DNA from: a virus
DNA length: 64,000 bases
Virus record (IMG/VR): IMGVR_UViG_3300032334_001019
Location: 54,465-118,464 of that record
Reading direction: 5' to 3' (one strand)
This document shows, in pieces, positions 1-9,148 of the stretch. The stretch's first letter is position 1, and each line of letters opens with the position of its first letter. A program made the position numbers and the translations under genes. The notes under the pieces were generated by a model. That model saw nothing but the letters and a program-made list of their open reading frames with translations. It was not told the origin of the DNA and did not search any database.

Positions 1-669
1 TTTAATTCTTTTCTTTTCATGCTTACCAATAACCTCACCCTTGTGATTTAGTGCATCCCTGTATCTATCTGTCCATTTACCCTGTGCTGCAACTGCTTCA
101 AATGCTTTACCAGATTCCATCAATTCGTCATAATATGATTGAGGTAAATCTTTATCTGATAATTCTAATTCTGTAAGTTCTAGTTCTGTTAGTGATATTG
201 GCATTATAGATCCTATTGGAGTACCTGCTGGAATTGTAATAATAGTATCTGGTCTTGTAACTTTATAAACAATTGGCAATGGACCTTTATATACTGAAGT
301 ACTCAATATTGCTGTAAATGCTTGTATTCCATCGATGAACTGATTTGGAACTGGCATTGTTAATAAACTTACATTCTCTTCAGACTCAAATGTAAGTCCA
401 GAATTTAAACTAATACTCTGATTTGCCCTGTTGGTGTTTGCATATTGATGACCAGACAAAATCTCAACTTGAGTATTATGACTATGCCAGATAAAAGTAA
501 TATCTTCATTAAAAGAAAATGTCCAACCTAAAAAATTTGCCAAGGTAACAGGAAAACACCTATAAGCATGATGATCCCAACTAGCATCCATCCAATCACG
601 CTTAACTCCAAGCACATCGAAATTAACATCATAGTTATCTCGTTTGTATACTTTTATTTTATTTGTCAT
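1..669 (-). CDS. DUF6065-like protein (runs off the left edge; not in the ORF track)
   Basis: Manual translation from ATG at 669: MTNKIKVYKR...KRDWMDASWDHHAYRCFPVTLANFLGW...MPVPNQFIDG...IPAGTPIGSIMP. The RDWMD/AYRCxPxxxAN..GW pattern is typical of DUF6065 phage proteins. Confidence 0.7.
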   Translation of the reverse strand, partial: MTNKIKVYKRDNYDVNFDVLGVKRDWMDASWDHHAYRCFPVTLANFLGWTFSFNEDITFIWHSHNTQVEILSGHQYANTNRANQSISLNSGLTFESEENVSLLTMPVPNQFIDGIQAFTAILSTSVYKGPLPIVYKVTRPDTIITIPAGTPIGSIMPISLTELELTELELSDKDLPQSYYDELMESGKAFEAVAAQGKWTDRYRDALNHKGEVIGKHEKKRIK

Positions 670-791
670 GAGGATTGATAGTTTGTTAAATGTTTCTTGC
701 ATACGCCAACAACAGAATAGTCTGCAAGATCATTGTATAGTGCATCATTGTTGCAATAGTGACATCTTTCTGGTGGTCTGTTTTCAATCAT
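666..791 (-). CDS. small Cys-rich hypothetical protein (41 aa)
   Basis: MIENRPPERCHYC...VCKKH; TGATATAAT 6 nt upstream of ATG; stop overlaps next start (ATGA). Confidence 0.5.
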   Translation of the reverse strand: MIENRPPERCHYCNNDALYNDLADYSVVGVCKKHLTNYQSS

Positions 792-910
792 AATTTAATT
801 ATATCACAGACTACTTTGTAGACAAATGATGCCCTTTTGTATATTCACACTTAGTACACTTAGAAATAACAAAAGATCCCCTTATGTATAACTGAATATC
901 ATGTTTGCAA

Positions 911-1051
911 TCAGGCACGGTAGTTTCTCACTACTGCAGCAGCAAGCATACGCATGCCTAAAGCATTAAGTTGAGAATTATCTTCGCCAAGTGGTATAGA
1001 TTCAATGGCCTTTGCAAGTTCTTCTCTTAGTGTAATTTCATCTAGACTCAT
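911..1051 (-). CDS. small hypothetical protein (46 aa)
   Basis: MSLDEITLREELAKAIESIP..., open frame in the same direction as its neighbours. Confidence 0.45.
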   Translation of the reverse strand: MSLDEITLREELAKAIESIPLGEDNSQLNALGMRMLAAAVVRNYRA

Positions 1052-1179
1052 ATTCTACCCCTTATTATCCTTTTGTGGAACCCAAATAAGTTTTCCATCT
1101 TTGTATTCTCTTTCATATCCTAAAGCCTTCCAGTCCATCTGCATAATCTTAGGTTCTTTTGGCATGTCAGACTCCAATC

Positions 1180-1731
1180 TTATATTATAATTTTCTTTTC
1201 TAAAAGTTTATTGTATTCATAATAACATAAATCAGTATTAAAGTCAACCAAACTTATTGTTTTATATTCCTTAAGATTCTGGCTTGATCCTAAATACTTT
1301 TCACCATTAAACTTTTTATAATCTTCAATGGTAAATTCAAGATTGTCTTCTATTTTTATGTTTAGGTAATCCATAAAATTATTAATTACTAAACTAGAAT
1401 CATTGACTAAATCATTAAAATCAATAACATAATCTGCATGTTCATACAAAAATTTATAAAAAAGTATATAGTTTGATAGAACATGATTTATAAAATCTTT
1501 GTTAACATCTTGACCATAACTTGATTGCACTGCTAAAATTGACATAGCAGTTTCTTTTGGGTCTCTGACTATTGTAATAATTTGTTTTGTTTTGTTCATA
1601 TCTTTATAAAACAAATCTAATATTGTATGAGAGCCTTCGATTCTGATACCAGTTTTTTGATAAAACAATTGATGAAAATAGTGTGATCCACTTCTTGGAT
1701 ATGTTAATAGATATGGAGGATTGCTATGCAT
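1180..1731 (-). CDS. sulfotransferase-fold (P-loop) protein
   Basis: 5'-PSB-like TYPRSGSHY and 3'-PB-like RDPKETAMS motifs; close paralog of 1734..2279. Confidence 0.65.
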   Translation of the reverse strand: MHSNPPYLLTYPRSGSHYFHQLFYQKTGIRIEGSHTILDLFYKDMNKTKQIITIVRDPKETAMSILAVQSSYGQDVNKDFINHVLSNYILFYKFLYEHADYVIDFNDLVNDSSLVINNFMDYLNIKIEDNLEFTIEDYKKFNGEKYLGSSQNLKEYKTISLVDFNTDLCYYEYNKLLEKKIII

Positions 1732-1733
1732 TT

Positions 1734-2279
1734 TTAAACTATAACTTTCTTTTCTAAAAGTTTATTGTATTCATAATAACATAATCCAATATTAAAATTA
1801 TCTAGTTTTATTTCATTATATGAATCAAATTTTTTGCTTGATTGTATCCATCTCTCACCATTAAATTTTTTATAATCTTCAATAATAAAATTTGAATCTT
1901 TGTTATATTCTATATTTAAAAAATTTAATATTTTATTAACTATGGTATCTGGATATTTAATTAAATCGTTATAATCTATCACATAGTCTGCATGATTATA
2001 CAAACATTGATAAAGTAAGGCATAGTTTGATATGGTATGACGAATAGAGTCGTCATGAACCTCTGTACCCTGTTCTTTTTGCATTGTCAAAAGAGATCGT
2101 ATGCTTTCTTCTGGATTTCTTGCTATTGTAATAATAGTTTTTGTTTTTATTTTATTTTTATCAAAAACATCTCCAATTGTGTGAGATCTTTTAAAGCGAT
2201 ACCCTATTTTTGCATAAACTAAATGTTCAAAATAGTGAGAACCACTTCTTGGGTATGTCAATAAGTGTGGAACCATCAA
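1734..2279 (-). CDS. sulfotransferase-fold (P-loop) protein
   Basis: TYPRSGSHY and RNPEESIRS motifs; tandem duplicate of 1180..1731 (shared CYYEYNKLLEKK end). Confidence 0.65.
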   Translation of the reverse strand: MMVPHLLTYPRSGSHYFEHLVYAKIGYRFKRSHTIGDVFDKNKIKTKTIITIARNPEESIRSLLTMQKEQGTEVHDDSIRHTISNYALLYQCLYNHADYVIDYNDLIKYPDTIVNKILNFLNIEYNKDSNFIIEDYKKFNGERWIQSSKKFDSYNEIKLDNFNIGLCYYEYNKLLEKKVIV

Positions 2280-2398
2280 GCACCTATTGAAGGCATGGTT
2301 TGTTCGCAGGGACAGATGATAGACTCAGGTAACTCATGAACCTCAGTCTCAATAGATATAATTGTTGCACAATCTGGACATTTATAAATAGTTTTCAT
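2276..2398 (-). CDS. small zinc-ribbon-like protein (40 aa)
   Basis: MKTIYKCPDC...IICPCE; TGATATACT 6 nt upstream of ATG. Confidence 0.5.
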   Translation of the reverse strand: MKTIYKCPDCATIISIETEVHELPESIICPCEQTMPSIGA

Positions 2399-2421
2399 GT
2401 TTTAAGTATATCAGATTAAAA

Positions 2422-3222
2422 CTATGCAGTCAACTCTTTAATTACAGAAAATATACCAGATAGATCCTTTTGATCTGTAACTATAATGAAATCATCTATA
2501 TTGAAATCTTTAGATATCTGTTTAATTTGATTAATAACTTCTTCGTGAGTGCCTTTGATAGTATGATTGGGTTTAATTGTATACTGGTATTGATTATATT
2601 CGACGGTATCTAGGCTTTGACCTTCTTTAAGTACTAGTGGATCAATTATTAGTATTAGTTTAGTATTCGTAATCTTGTCAAGTATATGCTCATTAAGCAT
2701 ATATTCTCCTACAATCAGGTAGTCTGCATAGTTATTTGCTATTCTTATGGTGGTATCAGATGAGCCAACTACACATAACTTTGCATCAAAGTCAAACTCT
2801 TTCATTAAATAAACAAACTTTTCCATCCAAGGCTCAGTTAATGCAACTCTTTTTTCATGATCATCTAGTATGGATGGATCTCCTGGATATGCTTGAATTA
2901 CCATATTTTCTCTATTTTCATCATATCTGCCAGCAACTAGGTTAAGATCTAGTCTTTTATGAGCAAAATTGTTAACTGACTTAAATATTTTTGCAGCATA
3001 TTCTGGTGTAATACCATAGGCAGGCAGTGCAAGCATCATCTTAATCTTTTTGGTTGCATTAAGCATTGGAAACAAATGAATTGAAAAATCTATACCTCTT
3101 GGGCCATAAGGAAGTAATATGGATGTTATGTTTGAATTTTCCATATCTTTAGCCATGCGGATAAGTCCATCACCCTCTACTGGCCAACCCACACGATGCA
3201 TCCAGTGAAATTTTATGCTCAT
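2422..3222 (-). CDS. luciferase-like (LLM class) flavin monooxygenase
   Basis: N-terminal FHW, SILLPYG, RLDLNLVAG and VVGSSD..IRIANNYAD follow the SsuD/LLM TIM-barrel pattern. Confidence 0.65.
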   Translation of the reverse strand: MSIKFHWMHRVGWPVEGDGLIRMAKDMENSNITSILLPYGPRGIDFSIHLFPMLNATKKIKMMLALPAYGITPEYAAKIFKSVNNFAHKRLDLNLVAGRYDENRENMVIQAYPGDPSILDDHEKRVALTEPWMEKFVYLMKEFDFDAKLCVVGSSDTTIRIANNYADYLIVGEYMLNEHILDKITNTKLILIIDPLVLKEGQSLDTVEYNQYQYTIKPNHTIKGTHEEVINQIKQISKDFNIDDFIIVTDQKDLSGIFSVIKELTA

Positions 3223-3310
3223 TATTAAATTATACCTGATTTAAAGTTCGGCGGAAAATAGAAGTAACAAACCATCTTATGCCCTACACGGGCGGTATTG
3301 GTTAATATAT

Positions 3311-3808
3311 CTACACAAGCCTACGAGATAGTAATAGATTATATGCCTCATATGCCTTAGATAAGTCATAGCCATCTAAATGGTTTTGACCATACAACTC
3401 TGAAGTAGTACTTGATACTAAATAAACCTCATCAGGCCTATCAATCATAGAGTCTTCATATGTATGGTCAATGACTGGTTTGTTTAATATATAGGATATT
3501 GAGTCTATAACTGCATCTGGGTTTTTTATCAGGGTATCGTAATCAATAACAGCATTAGCCCTAGTATATAACAAACCATATAGTGCCGTATATTTATCTA
3601 TCTCTGCCTGTATGCCTATATCCTGATGATAATGTGATGACATAGTTATGAAAGACTGAAGTGTATCTTTAGGGTTTCTTGCTATAGTAAAGACAAAGCC
3701 ATCTGCATCATCTATCAGGTGTGAGCCATCTATCCTAGTATCTAACTTTTGTACAATCAATGCTCTTAAGTAATGTGAGCCAGATCTAGGATAGGTAATT
3801 ATGATCAT
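3311..3808 (-). CDS. sulfotransferase-fold protein (third paralog)
   Basis: ITYPRSGSHY, ARNPKDTLQS and VIDYDTLIKNPD match the two paralogs at 1180-2279. Confidence 0.6.
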   Translation of the reverse strand: MIIITYPRSGSHYLRALIVQKLDTRIDGSHLIDDADGFVFTIARNPKDTLQSFITMSSHYHQDIGIQAEIDKYTALYGLLYTRANAVIDYDTLIKNPDAVIDSISYILNKPVIDHTYEDSMIDRPDEVYLVSSTTSELYGQNHLDGYDLSKAYEAYNLLLSRRLV

Positions 3809-3851
3809 ATATTTAGTATAACATATGGCTCAAAGTTTATATCCCCTGGCT

Positions 3852-4046
3852 TTAGTCACAGGATACACAGTAATATGGAGCACGAAGGTGATCTGGAGCA
3901 ATAAATGATGGTTTGCCACATCTTACACATACTGCTCTGACTAAACCATTGTCTTCCATCTCAAATCTAAATGATCTTGTGTAGTATACCCTTGTGGCAT
4001 ACCAGGTGAAGGCTATAGCGATTATTGTTATCATTTTACTCCTCAA
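3852..4046 (-). CDS. small membrane-anchored CxxC protein
   Basis: Hydrophobic N-terminus, CVRC and CVSC. Confidence 0.45.
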   Translation of the reverse strand: MRSKMITIIAIAFTWYATRVYYTRSFRFEMEDNGLVRAVCVRCGKPSFIAPDHLRAPYYCVSCD

Positions 4047-4167
4047 AACTCATTTGTGATGACCAAAAGTCATTATTGTCTGTTTCAATTTCATCTACAA
4101 CGACATGACAATTAGAACAAGTTACCTTGCCATCTAAGTCAATTTCATAGTAATGTCTACAGTCCAT
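4036..4167 (-). CDS. small hypothetical protein (43 aa)
   Basis: MDCRHYYEIDLDGKVTCSNC...; -10-like TACTAT 6 nt upstream of ATG. Confidence 0.45.
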   Translation of the reverse strand: MDCRHYYEIDLDGKVTCSNCHVVVDEIETDNNDFWSSQMSFEE

Positions 4168-4502
4168 AACTCTATAGTACCACATCAAGGTTAACAGATA
4201 TCCACAGGTTAGCAGTTATGAGTATAGCCACAATCAGGACATTTCTCTCCTGGATTTGCTACACAATCATCACACCAATCTGGAGCATCCTTCCAAGATT
4301 TACCTAAAGAATCATATTCTGGTTTGTCCATGTGTCTAGTATATCAAAAGATATTGTAATTTGATAGTGGATTTGTCGATAAATCATCTTACTGATGATA
4401 TTTCTAGATAGGGTAGAAGTGGAGTAAAGTGGAGGATAGTGGAGTACTGAGCATTTATTTGAAGGCGCCGTAATTTCCACAACGGCCAAACCACCTATCT
4501 TT

Positions 4503-5110
4503 CAAACCACCATATCCCTCATATACCACATATGGGGAATATTGTCAAACCTTCGTAATATTGTTTGGGCATTATATACCCTGAAACAGGGTTTGTCAAG
4601 CCCCAAACCACATATATTTGTATAATGTATTGTCGACAAATCTCCAAATATCAGAGAAAAATTAAATAAAAATATATAAAGGTTTGATAAATATTTAAAT
4701 ATCAGGATAAAAGGTTTGATATCGTAATATAGGGGTTATTCTGTATCAGAGTTGGCTTGTTTGTATACCTTGCCTAGTTCCCGCCCAATTTTGCGGGGGT
4801 TGAGAACCTCTGGATCTACGCCTGATAAATCGGCGGGGGTAAAAGAGAAGAAACGATTAACAATAGGAACATACTTAGTAACAGATACAAAACCATTCCA
4901 TAGGTTATCACTGAATGCTTGATATTGTTTTGGATCTTGCTTAGCATAGTCTGCAAAATGTGATCTTCCCATATAAGAATTATATCATGGTTTGACAAAC
5001 AAGGTTTTATATGATAAAAGGTTTGGTACGGGGAAAAGAATTTGTCTTTCGTAATCTGGTTTGGGGAAAATAATTGTTTGATCGTAATATGGTTTGATAT
5101 GAATGTTTGG
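4503..5110. repeat. array of short repeats TCGTAATNT(G/T)GTTTG and GGTTTG flanking one small ORF
   Basis: TCGTAAT at 4553, 4722, 5049 and 5082, plus about ten (G/T)GTTTG or CAAAC copies in this interval. Confidence 0.55.
4736..4972 (-). CDS. hypothetical protein
   Basis: 78-aa ORF; TGATATAAT 6 nt upstream of ATG. Confidence 0.55.
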   Translation of the reverse strand: MGRSHFADYAKQDPKQYQAFSDNLWNGFVSVTKYVPIVNRFFSFTPADLSGVDPEVLNPRKIGRELGKVYKQANSDTE

Positions 5111-5189
5111 TATGTCCGATATGTCCGAATTCACGTGGCGATTTTCTGGCAGCACAAAGCAGGGGCGCAAGGCCCCCACCTGTGACTGA

Positions 5190-5486
5190 TTATTCTATTG
5201 TGTTTTTCTTGATGTGTGACTCTGCCAAGAGAGCAGGAAGTGTGATTTCATCAAATGATTCAATCTCTTCCTCTGTAAGTTCGATAGCCTGAATAAACAT
5301 CTCAAACGATTCAACAATGTATTGCTCACCTAGTGGTGAGATTTCTTTTACTAAACCTTCAGCAACATAGTATGCCAATGGCAATCCAATGTCGTTATAC
5401 TCAATGAAGTTACTAAAATCCTCATCGTCCCTGAAGTTAATCCACAGTTCTCCTAAGATCCCTGCCTTGTCTGCCAAATCTACCAT
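5190..5486 (-). CDS. acidic hypothetical phage protein
   Basis: 98-aa ORF in a coupled operon. Confidence 0.6.
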   Translation of the reverse strand: MVDLADKAGILGELWINFRDDEDFSNFIEYNDIGLPLAYYVAEGLVKEISPLGEQYIVESFEMFIQAIELTEEEIESFDEITLPALLAESHIKKNTIE

Positions 5487-5713
5487 ACTGGTCTCCCTGT
5501 CTTTATCTCTTGCATAAGTTTATCATACTCCTCCCCCGCTGTCAAGGCAACAACCTCAAAGCGGTCATAGACAATCTTAGGCAGGTTTCTAACTAAATAA
5601 TAACCAACTCGTTCTAGGTCAATAGAAAAGTCCTCTGTCATCAACTTGCCAATACGCTCTGCTTGTCGTGTTTCTTTGTTTGCACCATTAAGACTAGTAA
5701 GCCTTCTAGACAT
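5480..5713 (-). CDS. hypothetical protein
   Basis: 77 aa; GAGGA RBS upstream. Confidence 0.6.
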   Translation of the reverse strand: MSRRLTSLNGANKETRQAERIGKLMTEDFSIDLERVGYYLVRNLPKIVYDRFEVVALTAGEEYDKLMQEIKTGRPVW

Positions 5714-5796
5714 AGTTCTCCTCTCTATTCATTGTACCAAAAAAGTATTGGGGGCGCAAGGTGGCAGGCCCCACGCCCCCTATAGGTAAGGGAGAC

Positions 5797-6177
5797 CTAG
5801 GCCCCTACCTCCGCAGCAACAGGTGCATAGGCTAAGACAAATACATCCCAGCCAACGGCATTGCCCTGTTCATCAATAACAGTATGATTAATCAAGTCAA
5901 CAATCACAGTGGTCTCGCCCAAATCATAGTTGGTTCCAGTGATGGAGTAAATTCCAAAGCCGTGCTCATCCAGAACAGAATCTTGAATAAGATAACTAAT
6001 CATCATACGGGTGGCATATGATGGATCAGTCCACCTAGGCTTAGCATGCTCCAGGGCCATGGCAATATCACGACGCCAGCCAGTCTCACCCCAATGGCTG
6101 TACAAAACAACTGCAGATGACAGTTCGTCCTTAAAAACAAAGTTAATCCGTGCTCCCATTAGTTTTCTTCCTTCCAA
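5797..6177 (-). CDS. hypothetical phage protein (LYSHWG family)
   Basis: MGARINF...VVLYSHWGE...PRWTDPSYATR; the start is probably the internal MGAR. Confidence 0.6.
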   Translation of the reverse strand: MEGRKLMGARINFVFKDELSSAVVLYSHWGETGWRRDIAMALEHAKPRWTDPSYATRMMISYLIQDSVLDEHGFGIYSITGTNYDLGETTVIVDLINHTVIDEQGNAVGWDVFVLAYAPVAAEVGA

Positions 6178-6304
6178 GATACAATTGATAGTTGACTTAA
6201 AATTTCATTGCAAAGGTCAGCCTCATTATCTGATTCAGCCTCATAACTAAATGTCATGTAATCACCTGTTGGTTCAAAGATGATTTCTACTTTATATTCG
6301 TTCA

Positions 6305-6760
6305 TTAGATTGCTCCTAGGTCTCTTAGTTCTTCAATACTAGCACAGCCTGCACATTTTTGCAACTCCTCAAACTTTTCAAAATGTAGAGTTGCTTGCTC
6401 GTCATCCCATATCATCTCACAATTTGGGCATTCGTAAGATGGTTCGATAACCGATACCTGATAATCCTTGCTTTCATCCCAAGGTACCTCAGTAACAAAA
6501 TAGCCAATCCTATTAACAATGCAGCGACCATTAATAACATAGGTACCCCCATCATCTCCGTCAATGTATGTCCAAGTATATAATGGGTCAGCGTCAGAAA
6601 CATACTGTACTTCATCACCGTAGGTCTCAAACATAATGCCACCTTCGCCATTGTCAAATGAAGCATTTTCATCTAGATGATTGGTGATAGGCTTGTAGGT
6701 CTCTAGCCATTCATCAAAGTCTATCTCTATAAGTTCGTTAGGCAAAGTACTTCTCCTCAA
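6305..6760 (-). CDS. hypothetical protein with C-terminal CxxC pairs
   Basis: FETYGDE...VNRIGYFVTEVPW core, then CPNC and CAGC. Confidence 0.6.
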   Translation of the reverse strand: MRRSTLPNELIEIDFDEWLETYKPITNHLDENASFDNGEGGIMFETYGDEVQYVSDADPLYTWTYIDGDDGGTYVINGRCIVNRIGYFVTEVPWDESKDYQVSVIEPSYECPNCEMIWDDEQATLHFEKFEELQKCAGCASIEELRDLGAI

Positions 6761-6977
6761 TGTTTTTGCGGTCTATAGATAAATTATAGGTCATGCAGTA
6801 TGCACTTGTCAAGGCTTCCATATACCCTTCCAAAAATCTATCAGCATTGCCTTCCATGGCGTACTCGCACTCCAGCATTTCTTGCTTTAGCCACCCATGC
6901 ATGAGGTCAATCAGAGGTATAGAGATGTCCTCTAATGGTTTAGTTAAATATTCGGGGATGAATGGATACTTACTCAT
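6738..6977 (-). CDS. hypothetical protein
   Basis: 79-aa ORF in the minus-strand early cluster. Confidence 0.55.
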   Translation of the reverse strand: MSKYPFIPEYLTKPLEDISIPLIDLMHGWLKQEMLECEYAMEGNADRFLEGYMEALTSAYCMTYNLSIDRKNIEEKYFA

Positions 6978-7122
6978 TGATTACTTCAATCAGATGTTTA
7001 ACAGCATAGATTTGTCCCTCGATATCTACCACATGGATAGAGGCTGGGTTTTCTTCAAGGTCTTGTTCAAGACTTATAAGGTGCAGGTTTAGATACTCTT
7101 TAAATGTTTTTAGGTCCATATA

Positions 7123-7362
7123 TTAATTATAAGGGTTGGTGTTGATTTTTACAAGTTTTGCTGGTGTGACCTTCATCACAGGCTCATCGTCAGGTGTTGG
7201 ATCTTCATCCACATGTGTAACAGTAGTATTCCATTTGCTTAATAGGATTACATGTGATGTAGCATGGCAAATACAGGCGGGATCAATCTGAGGATTAACA
7301 GATGCGCTAATCTCTATAAGAGCATCACAATCAGTACAAAGATAACTATACTTAGTCCACAT
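7123..7362 (-). CDS. Cys-containing hypothetical protein
   Basis: CTDC and CIC; AAGGAG RBS upstream. Confidence 0.5.
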   Translation of the reverse strand: MWTKYSYLCTDCDALIEISASVNPQIDPACICHATSHVILLSKWNTTVTHVDEDPTPDDEPVMKVTPAKLVKINTNPYN

Positions 7363-7363
7363 A

Positions 7364-7760
7364 TTAGTCTCCTTGATTAACTAGATAAGCACGAACTTCT
7401 TCCAGGGCATCAATAGCCTGTTCACATACTACAATCATATCTTCTCTAGTCATTAGTCAAAATACCCTTCTGCCCATAGACCCTGGAGGAATGCATAGGT
7501 CTTAGCCAAACCATCAGAAACAGTTTCATCTGTTGTGTAATCATGAGCGGTACCAACTGAGTTAATCATTTCATCTAACTCTATTTTAGTATATCCTAGC
7601 ATTATTCAACATACCCCACAATCATTTGCATAGCCTGGTGTAGGAAGCAATCGCAATCCCCACCATTCATATTTTCCATTAGTTCAAAGTGTGAGAAGTT
7701 ATCCTCGTAGATAGCGGTAAGTAGTTCATCTATTGTGTATGGTTTATAGGTCGTTGTCAT
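7364..7760 (-). CDS. three translationally coupled small ORFs (7602..7760, 7453..7602, 7364..7453)
   Basis: Manual translation MTTTYKPYTIDEL..., MLGYTKIELDEM..., MTREDMIVVCEQ..., joined by TAATG overlaps. Confidence 0.55.
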
Positions 7761-7886
7761 AGATTAATTCTACCCTAGACTGGGGAAAAATGCAAGTCAT
7801 CTTAAAGTTTTTATATAAGAAATTTCATTGTCCGAAATGTCCGTTTTTCACGTCCCGCATTTTTATGCATATCAGTGAATAAAAAT

Positions 7887-7915
7887 TGAGCAGTTTATTC
7901 TCATGCTCAGGAGAT
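7887..7915 (-). ncRNA. candidate H-type pseudoknot element, copy 1 of 5
   Basis: Minus strand TCTC-CT-GAGCA-T-GAGA-AT-AAAC-TGCTC, just after the DUF932 stop codon. Confidence 0.65.
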
Positions 7916-7922
7916 TTTTTAT

Positions 7923-8939
7923 TTATGCAATCTGCAAAGTGCTTTGCACAATTTTGAGCAAACGATTTTTCTCTGCGTTAATTGCAGGGTCAAATCCGCT
8001 TGCACTTGCAAGGATAGATTCGTTAGAACCACCACGAGCAGAACGATACCAATCTAAACGCTCTGTGAGCGCATTGAAAGCGCCCCATGCGTTACCAGCA
8101 ATCATTCCGTTAAACTCGCCTGTGTAGATGTCGTTAATAACATCGACCTTGTTTTCCCACTTCTTGAACGCACCCTTAGAGTCTTTTTCAGGCTTAGGGT
8201 ATGCAGCAAGAATGATGTCGTTGAATTGCTTAGCATTGACTTCTGTTTCAATCATAGCCTTAGCCATGAGGTCAAAAGAATCCATGTACTTATGAGCCAT
8301 GCCTAATGTCTCACGAGCAACTTGTACCTTGCCAGCAGCAGTTTGCGTGTGGCGAATCTTGAAAGATTGCTTGATGCCATTCTTACGCTTAGTAGTGTTA
8401 AGTGCAAGATTGAGGGTGTTAGCGCACACAACACGAACAGGTGTTATGCTTGCTTGAATAGCGATTGAGCCATCGTGTGATGTGTTGATTAGAAGATAAG
8501 TCTTTACCTTATCTGCTACACCGTTAGGGTCAAGAACTGTTTCACGCTCTAGTGCTAAAGCGCCAAATACTACACGACCACCCTTGATTGAGCCAGCGGT
8601 CTCCCAACGACCTCCGCCGTCAAGAATGTTATCACCAAATGAAAATAAATCTTCATTCTGCATAACATGATAACGCTCACCTACGACACCTAAAATGTCT
8701 GTCTGTGAATTATCTGTAGGGTTAGTACGCAAAACATACTGGTATGTCTTGTCGCTTGTTAAATGTGATGGGGTTTCCAAATCTTCCAGACGAACATTCC
8801 AACCATTGAGGTTTGCAGCCTCTAGCATTTCTGCTGTTGTTTTTTCTTCTGTAAATACGGTACCCAATCCATGCCAAGCGGGTTCACGAAATGATGCGAA
8901 TGAAGCCTTACCATTTTGTGTTTCGATTTCATGTGCCAT
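7923..8939 (-). CDS. DUF932 family (phage/plasmid-like protein)
   Basis: Start corrected to MAHEIE (AAGGAG RBS). Motifs REPAWHGLG, WETAGSIKGG, NTSHDGS, TPVRVVCANTL, IRHT. Confidence 0.85.
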   Translation of the reverse strand: MAHEIETQNGKASFASFREPAWHGLGTVFTEEKTTAEMLEAANLNGWNVRLEDLETPSHLTSDKTYQYVLRTNPTDNSQTDILGVVGERYHVMQNEDLFSFGDNILDGGGRWETAGSIKGGRVVFGALALERETVLDPNGVADKVKTYLLINTSHDGSIAIQASITPVRVVCANTLNLALNTTKRKNGIKQSFKIRHTQTAAGKVQVARETLGMAHKYMDSFDLMAKAMIETEVNAKQFNDIILAAYPKPEKDSKGAFKKWENKVDVINDIYTGEFNGMIAGNAWGAFNALTERLDWYRSARGGSNESILASASGFDPAINAEKNRLLKIVQSTLQIA

Positions 8940-8970
8940 GAGTTTACTCCTTTGTTGTTGTTGAGATTTA

Positions 8971-8999
8971 AGTATAACAGGATGGGCTGACAAATGCAA
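8971..8999 (-). promoter_or_regulatory. early promoter TTGCAT-N17-TATACT with TGTCAG spacer box
   Basis: The same geometry recurs at 9595-9624, 10366-10394, 11965-11993, 12834-12855, 13961-13982 and 14172-14193. Confidence 0.7.
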
Positions 9000-9105
9000 A
9001 TCGGGATAGTTAAACATGGGCAATTTGGACATGGGAAAAGTTTGACTGATCATAACGGCGTGTCGACTTGACAGGGGACGTGGCAAAATTTTGCAGGGAT
9101 TGAAG

Positions 9106-9134
9106 GAGCAGTTTTAAAACATGCTTAGGTTTTA
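9106..9134 (-). ncRNA. candidate pseudoknot element, copy 2
   Basis: TAAAAC-CT-AAGCA-T-GTTTTA-AAAC-TGCTC. Confidence 0.65.
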
Positions 9135-9148
9135 TTAGTAGCCCCCTA

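Noticed and set aside
8940-9086. N-terminal extensions given by the ORF track for DUF932 and others (10445, 11974, 14025, 17705, 18273, 50890)
   Set aside because: The extensions run through promoters or terminators; internal ATGs have a clear SD or leaderless geometry.
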